Shown one piece after another: positions 12,681-23,382 of a stretch of DNA of 64,000 nt. A program made the translations under genes and the position numbers. Source of the DNA: an uncultured Acidobacteriota bacterium (GTDB lineage: Bacteria; Acidobacteriota; Thermoanaerobaculia; UBA5066; Gp7-AA6); assembly GCA_963725095.1 (NCBI GenBank), contig CAVRXJ010000022.1:135856-199855 (forward strand). Direction: 5' to 3'. The notes beneath the pieces were generated by a model. It ran no database searches. It was not told the origin of the DNA and saw nothing but the letters and a program-made list of their open reading frames with translations. The number at the start of each line of letters is the position of its first letter. Within the stretch, counting starts at the first letter, position 1.

Positions 12681-14083
12681 ATGAAGAGAAAATTGCTTCT
12701 TGCCGCGATGAGCCTCCTCGTGACGACCGCCGCCCCGGCCGCCCCCCGGACGATGCGGCGTGGACTACGACCACACGGGCAACGCGACCGAGGAGCGGTT
12801 CGCCCGTCGATCGGGTGGTGCTCGAGCCGCTGGAATGGCCCGGCAATCCGGCCCGACCTCTCGACGACACGAACCTCGGGACGTATTTCTTCGAGGTCAT
12901 CGACCGCAAGACCAACCGGGCCGTGTACTCGCGGGGATTCGACTCGGTCTTCGGGGAGTGGGTCACGACGGACGAGGCGAAGGAGCGCTGGCGCACGTTC
13001 TCGGAGTCGCTGCGCTTCCCGGCGCCCTCGGCGCCCGTCCAGATCGTCGTGAAGCGGCGCGACAAGAACAACGCCTTCCGCGAGGTCTGGACCACGGTCG
13101 TCGACCCGAACGACATGTTCGTGGACAGCGCGAAGCCGGCGCCCGTCGGACCCCTGATCGAGATCGAGAAGCACGGGCCCCCCGCGCAGAAGATCGACTT
13201 CCTGCTCCTGGGCGACGGCTACACGGCCGCCGAACGGGGGAAGTTCGAAAAGGACGCCCGGCGGATGACGGAGATGCTCTTCGCCGTCGAGCCCTACCGG
13301 TCGCGCCGCAACGACTTCAACGTCTGGGCTCTGTGCCCTCCGACGGAGGAGTCCGGCATCGCGCGCCCCTCGACCGGAATTCACCGGCGCTCGCGCATCG
13401 GCGCGGCCTACGACGCGTTCGGCTCGGAGCGCTACATCCTGACCTTCGAGAACCGTTCCTTCCGCGACGTCGCCTCGTTCGCGCCGTACGAGTTCGTCGA
13501 GATCCTGACGAACTCCCGCACCTACGGCGGGGGCGGCATCTTCGGCCAGTACGCGACGGCCGCCGCCGACAGCCTCTGGGCGCCCTACCTCCTCGTGCAC
13601 GAGTTCGGCCACCACTTCGCCGCGCTCGCCGACGAGTACTACACCTCGGCGGTGGCCTACGGCGCCGCGGCCGAACGCGTCGAGCCCTGGCAGCCGAACG
13701 TGACGGCGCTCGCCGACCCGGCGGCGCTGAAGTGGAAGGACCTGGTCGCGCCCGGGACGCCGCTGCCGACGCCCTGGCCCAAGGAACGCTTCGAAGCCGA
13801 GCAGAGCGAGGCCCAGAAGAAGCGGCGCCAGATCCGCGCGGAGCGCGCGCCCGAGGAAAAGATGGACGCCCTCTTCCAGCAGGAGAAGGAGGCGTCGACG
13901 AAGCTGCTCGGCTCCGACGCCTACTCCGGGAAGATCGGGGCCTTCGAGGGCGCGATGTACGAGAGCAAGGGCTTCTACCGGCCCCGGGCCGACTGCATCA
14001 TGTTCACCCGCGACGACGTCGGCTTCTGCGCCGTGTGCAGCCGGGGAATCACGACCGTGATGGATCTCTACACCGCCCGCTAG
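12681..14083 (+). CDS. Peptidase M64 (IgA-peptidase family) with signal peptide, two frameshifts (near 12757 and 12800)
   Basis: MKRKLLLAAMSLLVTTAAPAAP signal (frame of ORF 12669). M64 N-domain VDYDHTGNATEERF (ORF 12760 frame). Remainder in ORF 12644 frame with DFLLLGDGYT and zinc motif HEFGHHFAALADEY. Confidence 0.85.
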
Positions 14084-14146
14084 GACCTCGAAACTTTCCC
14101 GGGTCCCACGCCGCGTGCGTAGAATCCCGTTCAGGTTGACCCTTCC

Positions 14147-15432
14147 ATGAGCTTTCGACGCGGGCTCCAGCTGGCCGGCTTCGCCCGCCGCCACCTCGGG
14201 CGCATGGCCCGGGGCCGGCGCGAGGTGATGGCGCACCTCGCCGCGCCGCGTCCGGAAAACCTTCCCATGCCGACCTTCGTTCAGCTGCGGGTCACCAACC
14301 TCTGCAACCTGCGCTGCAAGATGTGCGGGCAGTGGGGCGATACGGGCATCTACCGCTCCGACGGGTTCTCCGCCTCGGCCACCGACGGCGAGAGCGAGCG
14401 CGACCGGATCCGGGAGCTGATCGGGTTGAACCGCCAGCTCGCGCTCTCGGACTACGTGCGTCTGCTCGACGAGATCGCGCCCTGGAAGCCGATCGTCTCG
14501 CTCTTCGGCGGCGAGCCGCTCCTCTATCCCGACATCCTGCCGCTCGTGCGCGAGGTCAAGAAGCGGGGCCTGACCTGCACGGTGATCACGAACGGAGGCC
14601 GGCTCGAGCCGTACGCGAAGGAGCTCGTCGAGGCCGGCATCGACTCGATCGCCGTCTCGATCGACGGCCCGCCCGAGGTCCACGACCGCATCCGCGGGAA
14701 AGGCGGACAGCTTCCAGAAGGCCGCGGCGGGCGTGCGGGCCGTGGCGATGTGGCGCGAGAGGCTCGGCCGGCCGGCGCCGATGCAGATCGCGATCCTGCC
14801 GGTCACGGAGCTGAACCTCGGATCGATCGCGCCCGCCGTCGAAGCGCTGCGCGAGCTGCCGCTCGACACGATCAACGTCGGCCTGCGCTGGTTCGTGCCC
14901 GAGGGAAGCGGGAGCCGAGTACGAGTCGCGTCATGCGCGAGCACGTTCGGCGTCTCGGGCGATTCCTGGAAGGGCTTCGACTTCGACTGGTCCAAGGCCG
15001 GCGCCTCGAAGACGCGGCAGATGACCGACCTCGTGAAGCTCCTCAAGGGTCTGAAGCGCCGCCGCTACCTCGACTCGGCGGCGGGGAAGCCCTGGGTCTC
15101 GTTCGTCCCCGACGTGCCCGGCCGAAAAGGTGCCCGAGTACTTCTCCGACTTCTCCCAGACCTTCGGCCACAACCTGTGCCCCGTCGCCTGGTACTTCGC
15201 CCAGGTCGAGCCCGACGGCGAGGTCTGCTTCTGCGGGGACTTTCCCGACTACTTCATCGGCAACGTGCGCAAGCAGCCGTTCCGCGACGATCTGGACGGG
15301 GGAGAAGGCCTGGAAATTCCGCGAGAAGCTCGCGAAGGAGCCCCTCCCCATCTGCGCCCGCTGCTGCGGCAACTACGTGTACGGGAAGTGGGAACGGCCG
15401 CCGCTCGCCGCGAACTCCGAGAAGCCCGATGA
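14147..15432 (+). CDS. Radical SAM/SPASM-domain protein, at least 3 frameshifts (near 14705, 15128, 15288); 3' end uncertain
   Basis: CX3CX2C motif VTNLCNLRCKMCG, GGEPLLYPD, TNGG. C-terminal Cys-rich SPASM/twitch-like region CPVAWYFAQVEPDGEVCFCGDFP..GNVRKQPFRDIWTGEKAWKFR..PICARCCG. Segments in ORFs 14147, 14733, 15130 and back to the 14147 frame, where no stop occurs. Nearest stops in other frames are at 15430-15432 and 15453-15455. Confidence 0.8.
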
Positions 15433-16365
15433 GCCAGTCGGCCCAGAACCGGTAGAAGTTGAACCACTGCGTCGGGTGGTCGCGGATCACGCGCTCGAGG
15501 TCCGCGGCGACGCGGCCCATCATGCGGGCGGCGTCTTCCTCGGGGGAGGTCGCGGGATCGGCGTCGAGGGGCTCGCCCCAGACGTTGTAGTACGCCCCGT
15601 CCGGGCGGCGCAGGAAGAAGCCCGGCAGGATCGGGCAGCCGCAGAAACGGGCGAGCAGGGCGGGGGAGCGCAGGAAGGGCGTCGGGCGGCCGAAGAACGG
15701 CACGGTCGACCTTGTCCTCCGGGTAGGCCCGGTCGACGAGCATCGCGACGGCCCGGCCGCCGTCGATCGCCGTGCGGACGCGGAAGGCGGTGGACATGGA
15801 GCTGCCGATGTCGATCGACTCGACGCCGACGCGGTCGCGCAGCTGCTGGCGCATCTCCTGAACGCGCGGCGAGAGCTCGGGCTGGCCGACGACCGCGGGC
15901 GTCAGGCCGTGGCGGCGCAGCGTCACGGCGCCCATCTCCCAGTTGCCGACGTGGCCGGTGACGAGGAGGAATCCCCTCCCGCCGCGCCGGGCGCGGTCCA
16001 GGACACGGGCGTCCGCGTCGAAGGTCTCGATCCGGGGCGTGAAGGCCTCGCCCCGGAGCCGCCACGTGTCGATGGTGTGCCGGCCGTACTCGAAGAAGAC
16101 CCGGCGCACGGTCCTTTCCGCCTCGTCCTCCGAAAGGCCCAGGGCCTTCCGGAAGTTGTCCCGCATCCCCGCTTTCGTCTTCGGAAAGAAAGGTCACGGC
16201 GAGCGAGTTGCCGACCAGGTTGACGCCGTTCAGAACGGCCATCGGAAGCCACCGCCCGCCGTAGTGGAGACCCCCGTAGACGACGCGGTTGGAGAGGCCG
16301 TGGCTCACCCATTTCGTGCGCGCGCGCAGGGCGTGCCTATCGGACATCGCAGCGGGACTATACAA
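15373..16365 (-). CDS. Lysophospholipid (LpxL/HtrB-type lauroyl/myristoyl) acyltransferase family protein, two frameshifts; 3' end uncertain
   Basis: Three collinear pieces: MSDRHALRARTKWVSHG... (ORF 15520..16365); FLLVTGHVGNWEMGA (HX4-type acyltransferase motif) and AMLVDRAYPE (ORF 15249..16166); FFGRPTPFLRSPALLA...DHPTQWFNFYRFW (ORF 15254..15703). The family normally ends shortly after the QWF.F.RFW string (~15440). The formal stop of that frame is only at 15254. Confidence 0.75.
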
Positions 16366-16376
16366 TTCGGGTGGGA

Positions 16377-17825
16377 ATGAACGTTCTCCTCGTCCGCCCC
16401 GACCCGGGCAACGAACGCTTCGGCCTGGGACCCTTCTTTCGGGTGGAGCCGCTCGGCCTCGAGTACATCGGGCAGGCCCTGCGCGAGCGCGGGCACCTGC
16501 CGACGATCGCGGATCTGCGCTTCGGCCGCGGCCTCGCCTCCTGGATCCGCCGCACGCGGCCCCGCGTCGTCGGGATCTCCGGGATGCACGCGCTCGAATA
16601 CGACCGGATGCTCGAGACCGCGCGGGAGATCCGCCGGATCTGTCCCGAGGCCTTCATCGTGGTGGGCGGCCACGCCGCCGCGGCCTACTCGGCGCCGCTC
16701 GAGCGCGACGAGGTGGACGCGATCTGCGTCGACGACGGGGAGGAGGTCGTTCCGGCGCTGGCGGACGCGCTCGCGGCCGGCCGGTCCCCCTCCACCGTGC
16801 CCGCCCTGCGCCTGCGCACGCCGCGACGGCTGGATCTCGACCGCGCCGCTCTCCGAGCGCACGGGCCTCGACCGCGTCCCCCGTGCCGGCGCGCGATCTC
16901 GTCGAGCGCTACCGCAACCGCTACCACTGCCTGCTCTTCAAGCCCGTCTGGCTGATCGAGACGGCCCGCGGCTGTCCCTTCCGCTGCAACTTCTGCTCGG
17001 TGTGGCAGCTCTACGACCGCTCCTTCCGCGAGCGGTCGATCGGGGCCGTCGTCGACGACTTCGCGTCGGTCGGCGACAGCGTCTTCGTCGCCGACGACCT
17101 CTTCTGGAACCACCCGGCGCGCAGCCTCGAGCTCGCGCGAGGCCCTGAAGAAGCGCGGCGTGCGCAAGCGGTGGCTGCTCGTGCAGACCCGCACGGACCT
17201 CGTGTGCCGGCATCCGGACCTGCTCGAGGCCTGGCGCCCGCTCGCGAAGGACTTCGACATCTTCTTCGGCCTCGAGTCGGCCTCCGACGCGGGCCTGGCG
17301 AGCGTCGTGAAGGACGCCCGCATCTCCTCGAGCGTCGAGGCTGCGCGCCTCTCGCGCTCGCTCGGCTACGGGGTCACGGGCAACTTCCTCGTCGATCCCG
17401 ACTGGTCCGAGGGGGAGTTCCGCGAGCTCTGGGACTTCGTCGCGCGCCACGGCTTCGAGCGCGCCGGCTACACGATCCTGACGCCGCTGCCCGGCACCGA
17501 CCTCTACCGCAAGCTCGCGCCCGCGCTCGCCGGCCAGCCCTGGTTCAAGTACGACATGCACCACGTCCTCTGGGAGCCGCGCCTGGGCGCGAAGCGCTTC
17601 TTCGAGCTGTACGCGGAGACCTGGCGCCGGTCGATCCTGAACACGAGCGGCCAGAAGAGCTGGCTCGACTGGATGCGGCAGATCCGGCCCGCGCAGATCC
17701 CGTACCTGACGCGCGTGCTCTGGCGCACGCAGCGGATGATGAACGCCGAGGCCTACCTCAAGGAGCACGGGGCCTGTGCGGTCGAGCCGGCGCGCCTGCC
17801 CGGCCGGGTCCTGGAGGCTTCGTAG
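16377..17825 (+). CDS. B12-binding-domain radical SAM protein, three frameshifts (near 16822, 16877, 17138)
   Basis: N-terminal cobalamin-binding-type Rossmann region (VVGISGMHALEYDRMLETAREIRRICPEAFIVVGGHAA). Radical SAM motif ETARGCPFRCNFCSV. C-terminal FGLESASD...LTPLPGTDLY...WFKYDMHHVLWEP. Head-to-head with the acyltransferase gene (starts 12-30 bp apart). Confidence 0.85.
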
Positions 17826-17866
17826 ACCACCCGGCGCTCGATTCCGCCCTTCCTCGCTTCGACGTC

Positions 17867-18406
17867 GTGAAACGCCACGCGCTGCCGGTCGCGGCGTCCG
17901 CCGCGCGCGTGTGGGAGGCGCTCCAGCATCACGAGTTCGCGTCCTCGGGGCTCGGGAGGCTTCTGATGACGGTGCGCGGCTACGGCCGGCGGGCGACGCA
18001 GAGCCGGGGAGCCGGGACGTTCTCCGAGAGGATCGAGCGCTTCGGCTTCGTCAAGCTCGCCGAGGTCCCCGGGCGCGAGCTCGTGTTCGGCCTGGCGGGC
18101 CGCTTCTGGAGGCCGGACGGAGGCTTGCGGCGCCTGACGCGGGAGGAGTTTCTCGCCTTCGCCGAGGAAGGCTCGGTGAAGGCCGCCTGGAACCTGCGGG
18201 TGACCGAGACCGCGGCGGGGCAGAGCGAGGTCTCGACGGAGACGCGCGTGCTCGCGTTCGGCGCGGCGGCCCGGCGCAAGTTTCGGATCTACTGGACGGT
18301 CATCGAGTCGTTCTCCGGGCTGACGCGCCGCGCCATGCTGCGCGGGATCCGCCGCGCGGCGCTCGAGGGCGGGGGAGGGATGCCGGAAAAGAGGAGGGAA
18401 GAATGA
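17867..18406 (+). CDS. Hypothetical protein (SRPBCC/DUF2867-like guess); start uncertain
   Basis: Tail of ORF 16289..18406 after the stop of the B12-rSAM gene: RFDVVKRHALPVAASAARVWEAL...FGLAGRFWRPDGG...RRKFRIYWTVIESFSGLTRRAML. The first in-frame GTG is at 17867, but conserved-looking residues begin ~17850, so a start or frame problem is possible. Confidence 0.5.
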   Translation: MKRHALPVAASAARVWEALQHHEFASSGLGRLLMTVRGYGRRATQSRGAGTFSERIERFGFVKLAEVPGRELVFGLAGRFWRPDGGLRRLTREEFLAFAEEGSVKAAWNLRVTETAAGQSEVSTETRVLAFGAAARRKFRIYWTVIESFSGLTRRAMLRGIRRAALEGGGGMPEKRREE

Positions 18407-18879
18407 CATTGCTCGGAATCGGTCTCGGTCTCGTCCTGCTGGCGGCGCCGCCGCCGGCGGCGCCGGCTGCCGAAGGCGCCGTGGCGTCGGTGCTGGACGG
18501 CTGGCACGCCGCTGCGGCCGCCGCCGACGAGGAACGGTACTTCGCGTACTTCACGCCCGACGCCGTCTTCCTCGGGACCGACGCCACCGAGCGGTGGACG
18601 CGGGACGAGTTTCGCAAGTACGCGCATCCCTACTTCGCCAAGGGCAAGGCCTGGAGCTTCAAGTCCGTGGCGCGCCACGTCGCCTTTTCGCCGGACGGGA
18701 AGGTCGCGTGGTTCGACGAGGACCTCGCCACACCGAACCTCGGCCCGTGCCGCGGGTCCGGCGTGCTGCTGCTGCAGAACGGGCAGTGGAAGATCGCGCA
18801 GTACAACCTGTCGGTGCCGATCCCCAACGACCTGATGGATCAGGTCAAGGCGCTGATCGAGAAGGGGGCGAAGAAGTAG
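18403..18879 (+). CDS. NTF2-like (SnoaL/DUF4440-type) secreted protein
   Basis: ATG 18403 overlaps the upstream TGA (ATGA), with GAGGAGGG upstream. Signal MTLLGIGLGLVLLAAPPPAAPAAEG. Then VLDGWHAAAAAADEERYFAYFTPDAVFLGTDATERW..., typical of the NTF2-like fold. Confidence 0.75.
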   Translation: MTLLGIGLGLVLLAAPPPAAPAAEGAVASVLDGWHAAAAAADEERYFAYFTPDAVFLGTDATERWTRDEFRKYAHPYFAKGKAWSFKSVARHVAFSPDGKVAWFDEDLATPNLGPCRGSGVLLLQNGQWKIAQYNLSVPIPNDLMDQVKALIEKGAKK

Positions 18880-18955
18880 GGGGGCGATCCCCCTCACCGC
18901 CCCCTCTCCCCGCGTCGGGGGGTGCGTGGCGAGACCCCCTTATGCTTGACGGCCG

Positions 18956-19874
18956 ATGGGGATCTCTCTCGGTTCGGAAGCCTCCGACGTCGCGGTCGGC
19001 GGCCGCGTCGTCCGGCTGACGAACCTCGGGAAGGTCTTCTGGGAGGACCCGGGCATCACGAAGGGCGATCTCCTGCGCTACTACGCGGAGGTCGCGCCGT
19101 ACCTGCTGCCGCACCTGAAGGACCGCGCGATGGTGATGAAGCGGTATCCCAACGGCGCCGCCGGCAAGTTCTTCTTCATGAAGCAGGCGCCGTCGCCGCG
19201 GCCCGACTGGATCGAGATCTGCTCGGTCGAACACTCGTCTGGCAAGGTGATCCATTTCCCGATGGTCCAGGACCTGGCCTCGCTGCTCTGGGTCGTCAAC
19301 CTCGGGTGCATCGACCTGAACCAGTGGTACGCGCGCTGCGACGACCTCGACCGGCCGGACTACGTCCACTTCGACCTCGACCCGACGCCCGGCGCCACGT
19401 TCGCGACGGTGCGGGAGGCGGCGCTCGTCCGTGCGGGAGGCCCTCGAAGAGCTGCGCATGCCGGCCTACGCCAAGACGACCGGCTCGCGCGGCATCCACG
19501 TCTACGTCCCGATCGTCCGGGGCCCGACGCAGAAGCAGGTCTGGGAGTTCGCGCGGCAGCTCGCCCTGCTCTGCGAGGCGCGGCATCCGAAGCTCCTGAC
19601 GACGGAGTACCGCGTCGCCAGGCGGGCGACGAAGCGCGTCCTCGTCGACTACAACCAGAACGCCTGGGGCCAGACGCTCGCGTCGATCTACTCGGTGCGC
19701 CCGACGCCGCGTGCGACGGTGTCGACGCCCGTGACCTGGAAGGAGATCGAGCGCGGGGTCGCCATCGAGGACTTCCGCCTCGACAACGTCCCGGCGCGCC
19801 TCCGGAAGGTCGGCGACCTGTGGAAGCCGATGACCGCCGCCCGCGGACGGTTTCGGCTCGAGAAGTTCTTCTAG
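18956..19874 (+). CDS. Stand-alone LigD-type NHEJ polymerase/primase domain protein, one frameshift near 19425
   Basis: LTNLGKVFWEDPGITKGDLLRYYAEVAPYLLPHLKDRAMVMKRYPNG...VHFDLDP, then +1 frame AYAKTTGSRGIHVYVPI...VLVDYNQNAWGQTLASIYSVRP (LigD Pol/PrimPol catalytic signatures). Confidence 0.85.
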
Positions 19875-19950
19875 CGCTCCTCCTACGGCCCATAGAGCAG
19901 CCACTGGAAGACATTGACCAGGAACTTCGCCCCCGCGGCCCGCCCGGGCG

Positions 19951-22900
19951 TCAGGGCAGGCTGAAGGTTCGGGAGAGGAAGACCGCCATCTCGCCCCGGG
20001 TCACCAGGCCGTCGGGGCAGTACTGGCCGCCGCCGCAGCCGCTGGTGATGCCCTCGCGGGAGAGCTCCTCGATCCAGTCTCCGAGGTAGGTTCCGAGCGG
20101 AACGTCGGTGAAGAGGTCGCCCGTCGCCGCGGGCGGATGGTAGCCGGCGGGATGCTTGGCCCGAAGGAGGAAGACGGCCATCGACGCGCGGCTGACGAGC
20201 GCGTCGGGACAATACTCCGTCGCGCTGCAGCCGCTCGTGATGCCTTCGCGGGCGAGCTCTTCGATCCAGGCGCCGAGGTAGGTTCCCAGCGGCACGTCGG
20301 TAAAGAGGTCACCCGTCGCGGCCGGCGGATGATAGCTTCCGCCGTTCTTTCCCCGCAGCAGGAAGACCGCCATGCTCGACCGGTTCACCTGGTCGGCCGG
20401 GCAGTAGTTTCCGAGGCTGCATCCAGAAGTGATCCCGGCCCGGAAGATCTTCTCGATCGCCTTATGGTACGGATGGGGAGTCGGCACGTCGGAAAAATCC
20501 GCCATGTACGCGCGCAGCAGCTCGCCGCTCTGTCCGTCGGGGTTGCTCGTCACGACGTCGTTGAGCGTTCCGGGCGGCAGGGGAGGAGCCACCGCCGAGA
20601 TCGCGGTCGGACCCGAGACGACCACGTCGCCCGCAGGCACGCCGCCAATCAAGACGGTGGCGCCGGCTTCGAAGTTGTCACCGGTGGCCGTGATCGTCAT
20701 CGCTCCGGAGGCGGGCCCCGAGGTCGGCACGATCGCGGCCAATTCGGGTGCGCAGAGCACGACAGTCGTTCCAGCAACCGCCGTGTTGTTGGACGCGCCC
20801 GGGTCGCTCGTCGCAGCCGACACGGAGACCGCCGCGGTGACCGAACCCTCGTTGGCCGGCGCCGTTGCGGAGAGGACGATGGCCGGCGCGTCTCCCACGT
20901 CGAGGCTCATGCGCGAGCAAGTGACGGGGGTTGAGCCAGCGCAGCTCCACCCGTCTCCGGAAGATGACAGCAGCGAGGCGCCTGCGGGAAGAGTTGCCGT
21001 CACCGACACGGACGACGCCACGGTCGGCCCCGCATTGTGAGCCGTCAGTGTGTACGTCAGACTACCTCCGGCACAGGCTTCCGACGGCGAGGGCCCTGCG
21101 GAGATCGAGAGGTCCGCCGCGCGGTACGTGGCTCCGTACGTCGCCGGAGACGCGCCCGCCACGATTCCGTGGCTCGCCGTGCCGCCGTCGGACCAGAAGG
21201 CGAACCCGTAGGGAATCCCGCCCAGGCGTCTGCGTCGGTGAGGCTTGGATTGTCACCTCGGAGCCGACGATGACGGTCTGGACGAACGGCGTCGTGCCCC
21301 CCCCGGTGGCCACAGTCAGCGGCATTCCGGACGGGTTCGATTGGAAGGTCAGCAACACGGTCTGCGGGTTGAGCGCCACGGTCTTGGTGTGCGTGAGACC
21401 GTTCGAGTTGATCGCCGTCAGCTTCAGCTCGAGGGAGGACGGGTACTCGTGGTCGGGCGCCGAGAACGATCCGCTGGCGACTCCTGGAAATGTCTGAACG
21501 GTATGGGTGTGGCAGTTGGCCGGGCAGTGCCGGATGAGGAGCGTCCACGACAGGGCGGAGGCGGGCAGGGTGCCATCCTGCGGGTCCGTCGCATGGCCCG
21601 AAAAGGTGATCGTGTCCCCGACTTTCCAGATGAGGGTCGGCGAGGGCGAGTCGATCGTCGCGGTCGGGGAGACGCCGCCGACGACGACCGTCAGCGGGTC
21701 GCTCACCGCCGATACGCCGTGATTGTCGGTCACACGGAGCGCGCGCCGTGTGAGAGCCGGGCTGCGTGTAGACGAAGGTCGGACTGATCAGCGTCGAGTC
21801 TTGGTAGGTCCCTTCATCCTCGAAGTCCCAGGCATATGTGATCGTGTCGCCGGGCCGCGCGGCGTGGGACCCGGAACCGTTGAACTGCACCGTGAGCGGG
21901 GCCGATCCGGAAAGGGGAGCCGCCGTCGCCATGGCCGTGGGCGCAAAGCTCTGGACGCGCCGGATCGTGCCTCCGCCGTGGTCTGCATAATACAGGTCAC
22001 CGCCCGGCCCAATCTGCAGGTCAACGGGCGTCGCGGCCCCGGCGATGAAGGTTGCGCGGGTCGACGGCACCGGCTTGCCCTGCGCGTCGGGAAACATGAC
22101 CCAGATGCACTGGCGCGAATAGTCGCCAAAAAACAGTGCCCCTTCGTAGCTCGCCGGGTAGCTGCCCGTACCGTAGAAAGCAAGGCCGGAAATCGACGAG
22201 CTACCTGTCGGACAGGTCTCGCCGGAGACGACCTTGCTGGTGTGCGCGTACTTGTAAGACGGGCTTATGACCCCGCTGGATGAGTTGTAGAGGTTGTTGC
22301 AGAGCGAGAGGTTGGCCGCCTGGTAGCCGGCCTGCGGGGCGGCGCCCTCGTAACACGGCCAGCCGAAGTTCGCCACCGGCGAACCGGTCGGATTGGCGAG
22401 CTGATTGATCTCTTCCCACGAGCCCCAGCCCACGTCGCCGATCCAGAGTGATCCGGTTCCCGGTTGTATCGTGAAGCGGAACGGATTGCGCAGGCCGTAC
22501 GCCACGACGCGCTGCGCGATCGGGTCGGTGCTGCGCAAAGAGCGGGTTGTCCGGAAGGGCATTGCCGTTGCCGTCCACGCGCAGGATGGCGCCATTGGTC
22601 AGGACCGGGCCGCCGGCGGCGCGCAGAAGGCTCTGGCTGCGCAGCGAACCTCCTTCGGCATCGGGCGATGCCAGCGGAGTTCCGACGGGCAGGGGCGGGT
22701 CTCCCAGGGGATTCTTGGGAATGCCGAACTGCCCGTAGTCCACGTTGTTGAAGCTGGAGCCATCGCCTCCGCTGACGTAGAGGGAACCATCGGGCCCGAA
22801 GTGCAGGTCGCCGATCGAGTGGCTGGGGAACTGCTGGCCCCAGGCTTCGAGGAGGACCTCCTCCACGCCGGTCATCACGCTTCCGGCGGCGGTCAGGCGC

Positions 22901-23334
22901 GACAGGCGTCCGCTGATCACACAGCCGTTGGCCGTGCCGGGCGGATTGGGGCAGCCGTCGTTCCAGGTCGGCGCGGTGCCCCCGATGGGCGCGTCATAGC
23001 TGTAGAGCACATAGACGTAGGGCGTCGTCGGAAAGTTGGGGTGCAGCGCGAGGCCGAGAAGCCCCCGATCCCAGTAGTCATCGATCTCCGTGCGCAGGTC
23101 CGCGAAGATCGTCGGCGTCGGAGAGGAAAGGCTCTCGAAGACCTTGATGAGACCGCTTTTTTCCGCGACGAAGACCCGTCCGTCCGACGCGAACCGCACG
23201 GCGGTGGGGCGGGTCAATCCCGAGAAGACGATCGTCTCCTGGAATCCCGGAGGCAGCGTCGCGGCACCCGTCTTGATCGCCTGGAAAAAGGCGAGCAGGA
23301 CGGCCGCCGCGAAGATGGTGCGGCGCGATCTCAT
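19951..23334 (-). CDS. Secreted multidomain protein: PQQ-dependent sugar dehydrogenase-like beta-propeller, PKD, Ig-like, DUF11-like, IPT/TIG and three Cys-containing SLH-like repeats; 3 frameshifts (near 22540, 21740, 21215)
   Basis: MRSRRTIFAAAVLLAFFQAIKTGAA signal. SGDH-like strings LPPGFQETIVFSGLTRPTAVRFASDGRVFVAEKSG, GLLGLALHPNF, YGLRNPFRF. PKD APLTVQFNGSGS..YAWDFEDEG. LTYTLTAHNAGPTVAS (DUF11-like). IPT, then 3x F.DVP....WIEEL.REGITSGC...YCP. Ends ...FLSRTFSLP. Confidence 0.8.
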
Positions 23335-23382
23335 TGGCCCTCGGAAATCATCCTTCGTTTCGCCCGGACGCTGCAAAGCAAA

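Noticed and set aside
11426-15046. 1,206-aa minus-strand ORF, the longest in the track
   Set aside because: Arg/Gly/Pro/Ala-dominated translation with no domain pattern. It runs antisense to the well-supported M64 peptidase and radical SAM genes and in a different frame from cysK. Typical GC-driven shadow ORF.
18881-18900. GGGGG-gcgat-CCCCC hairpin after the NTF2-like gene as an intrinsic terminator
   Set aside because: Only a 5-bp stem and no downstream T-tract. Cannot be supported as a terminator.
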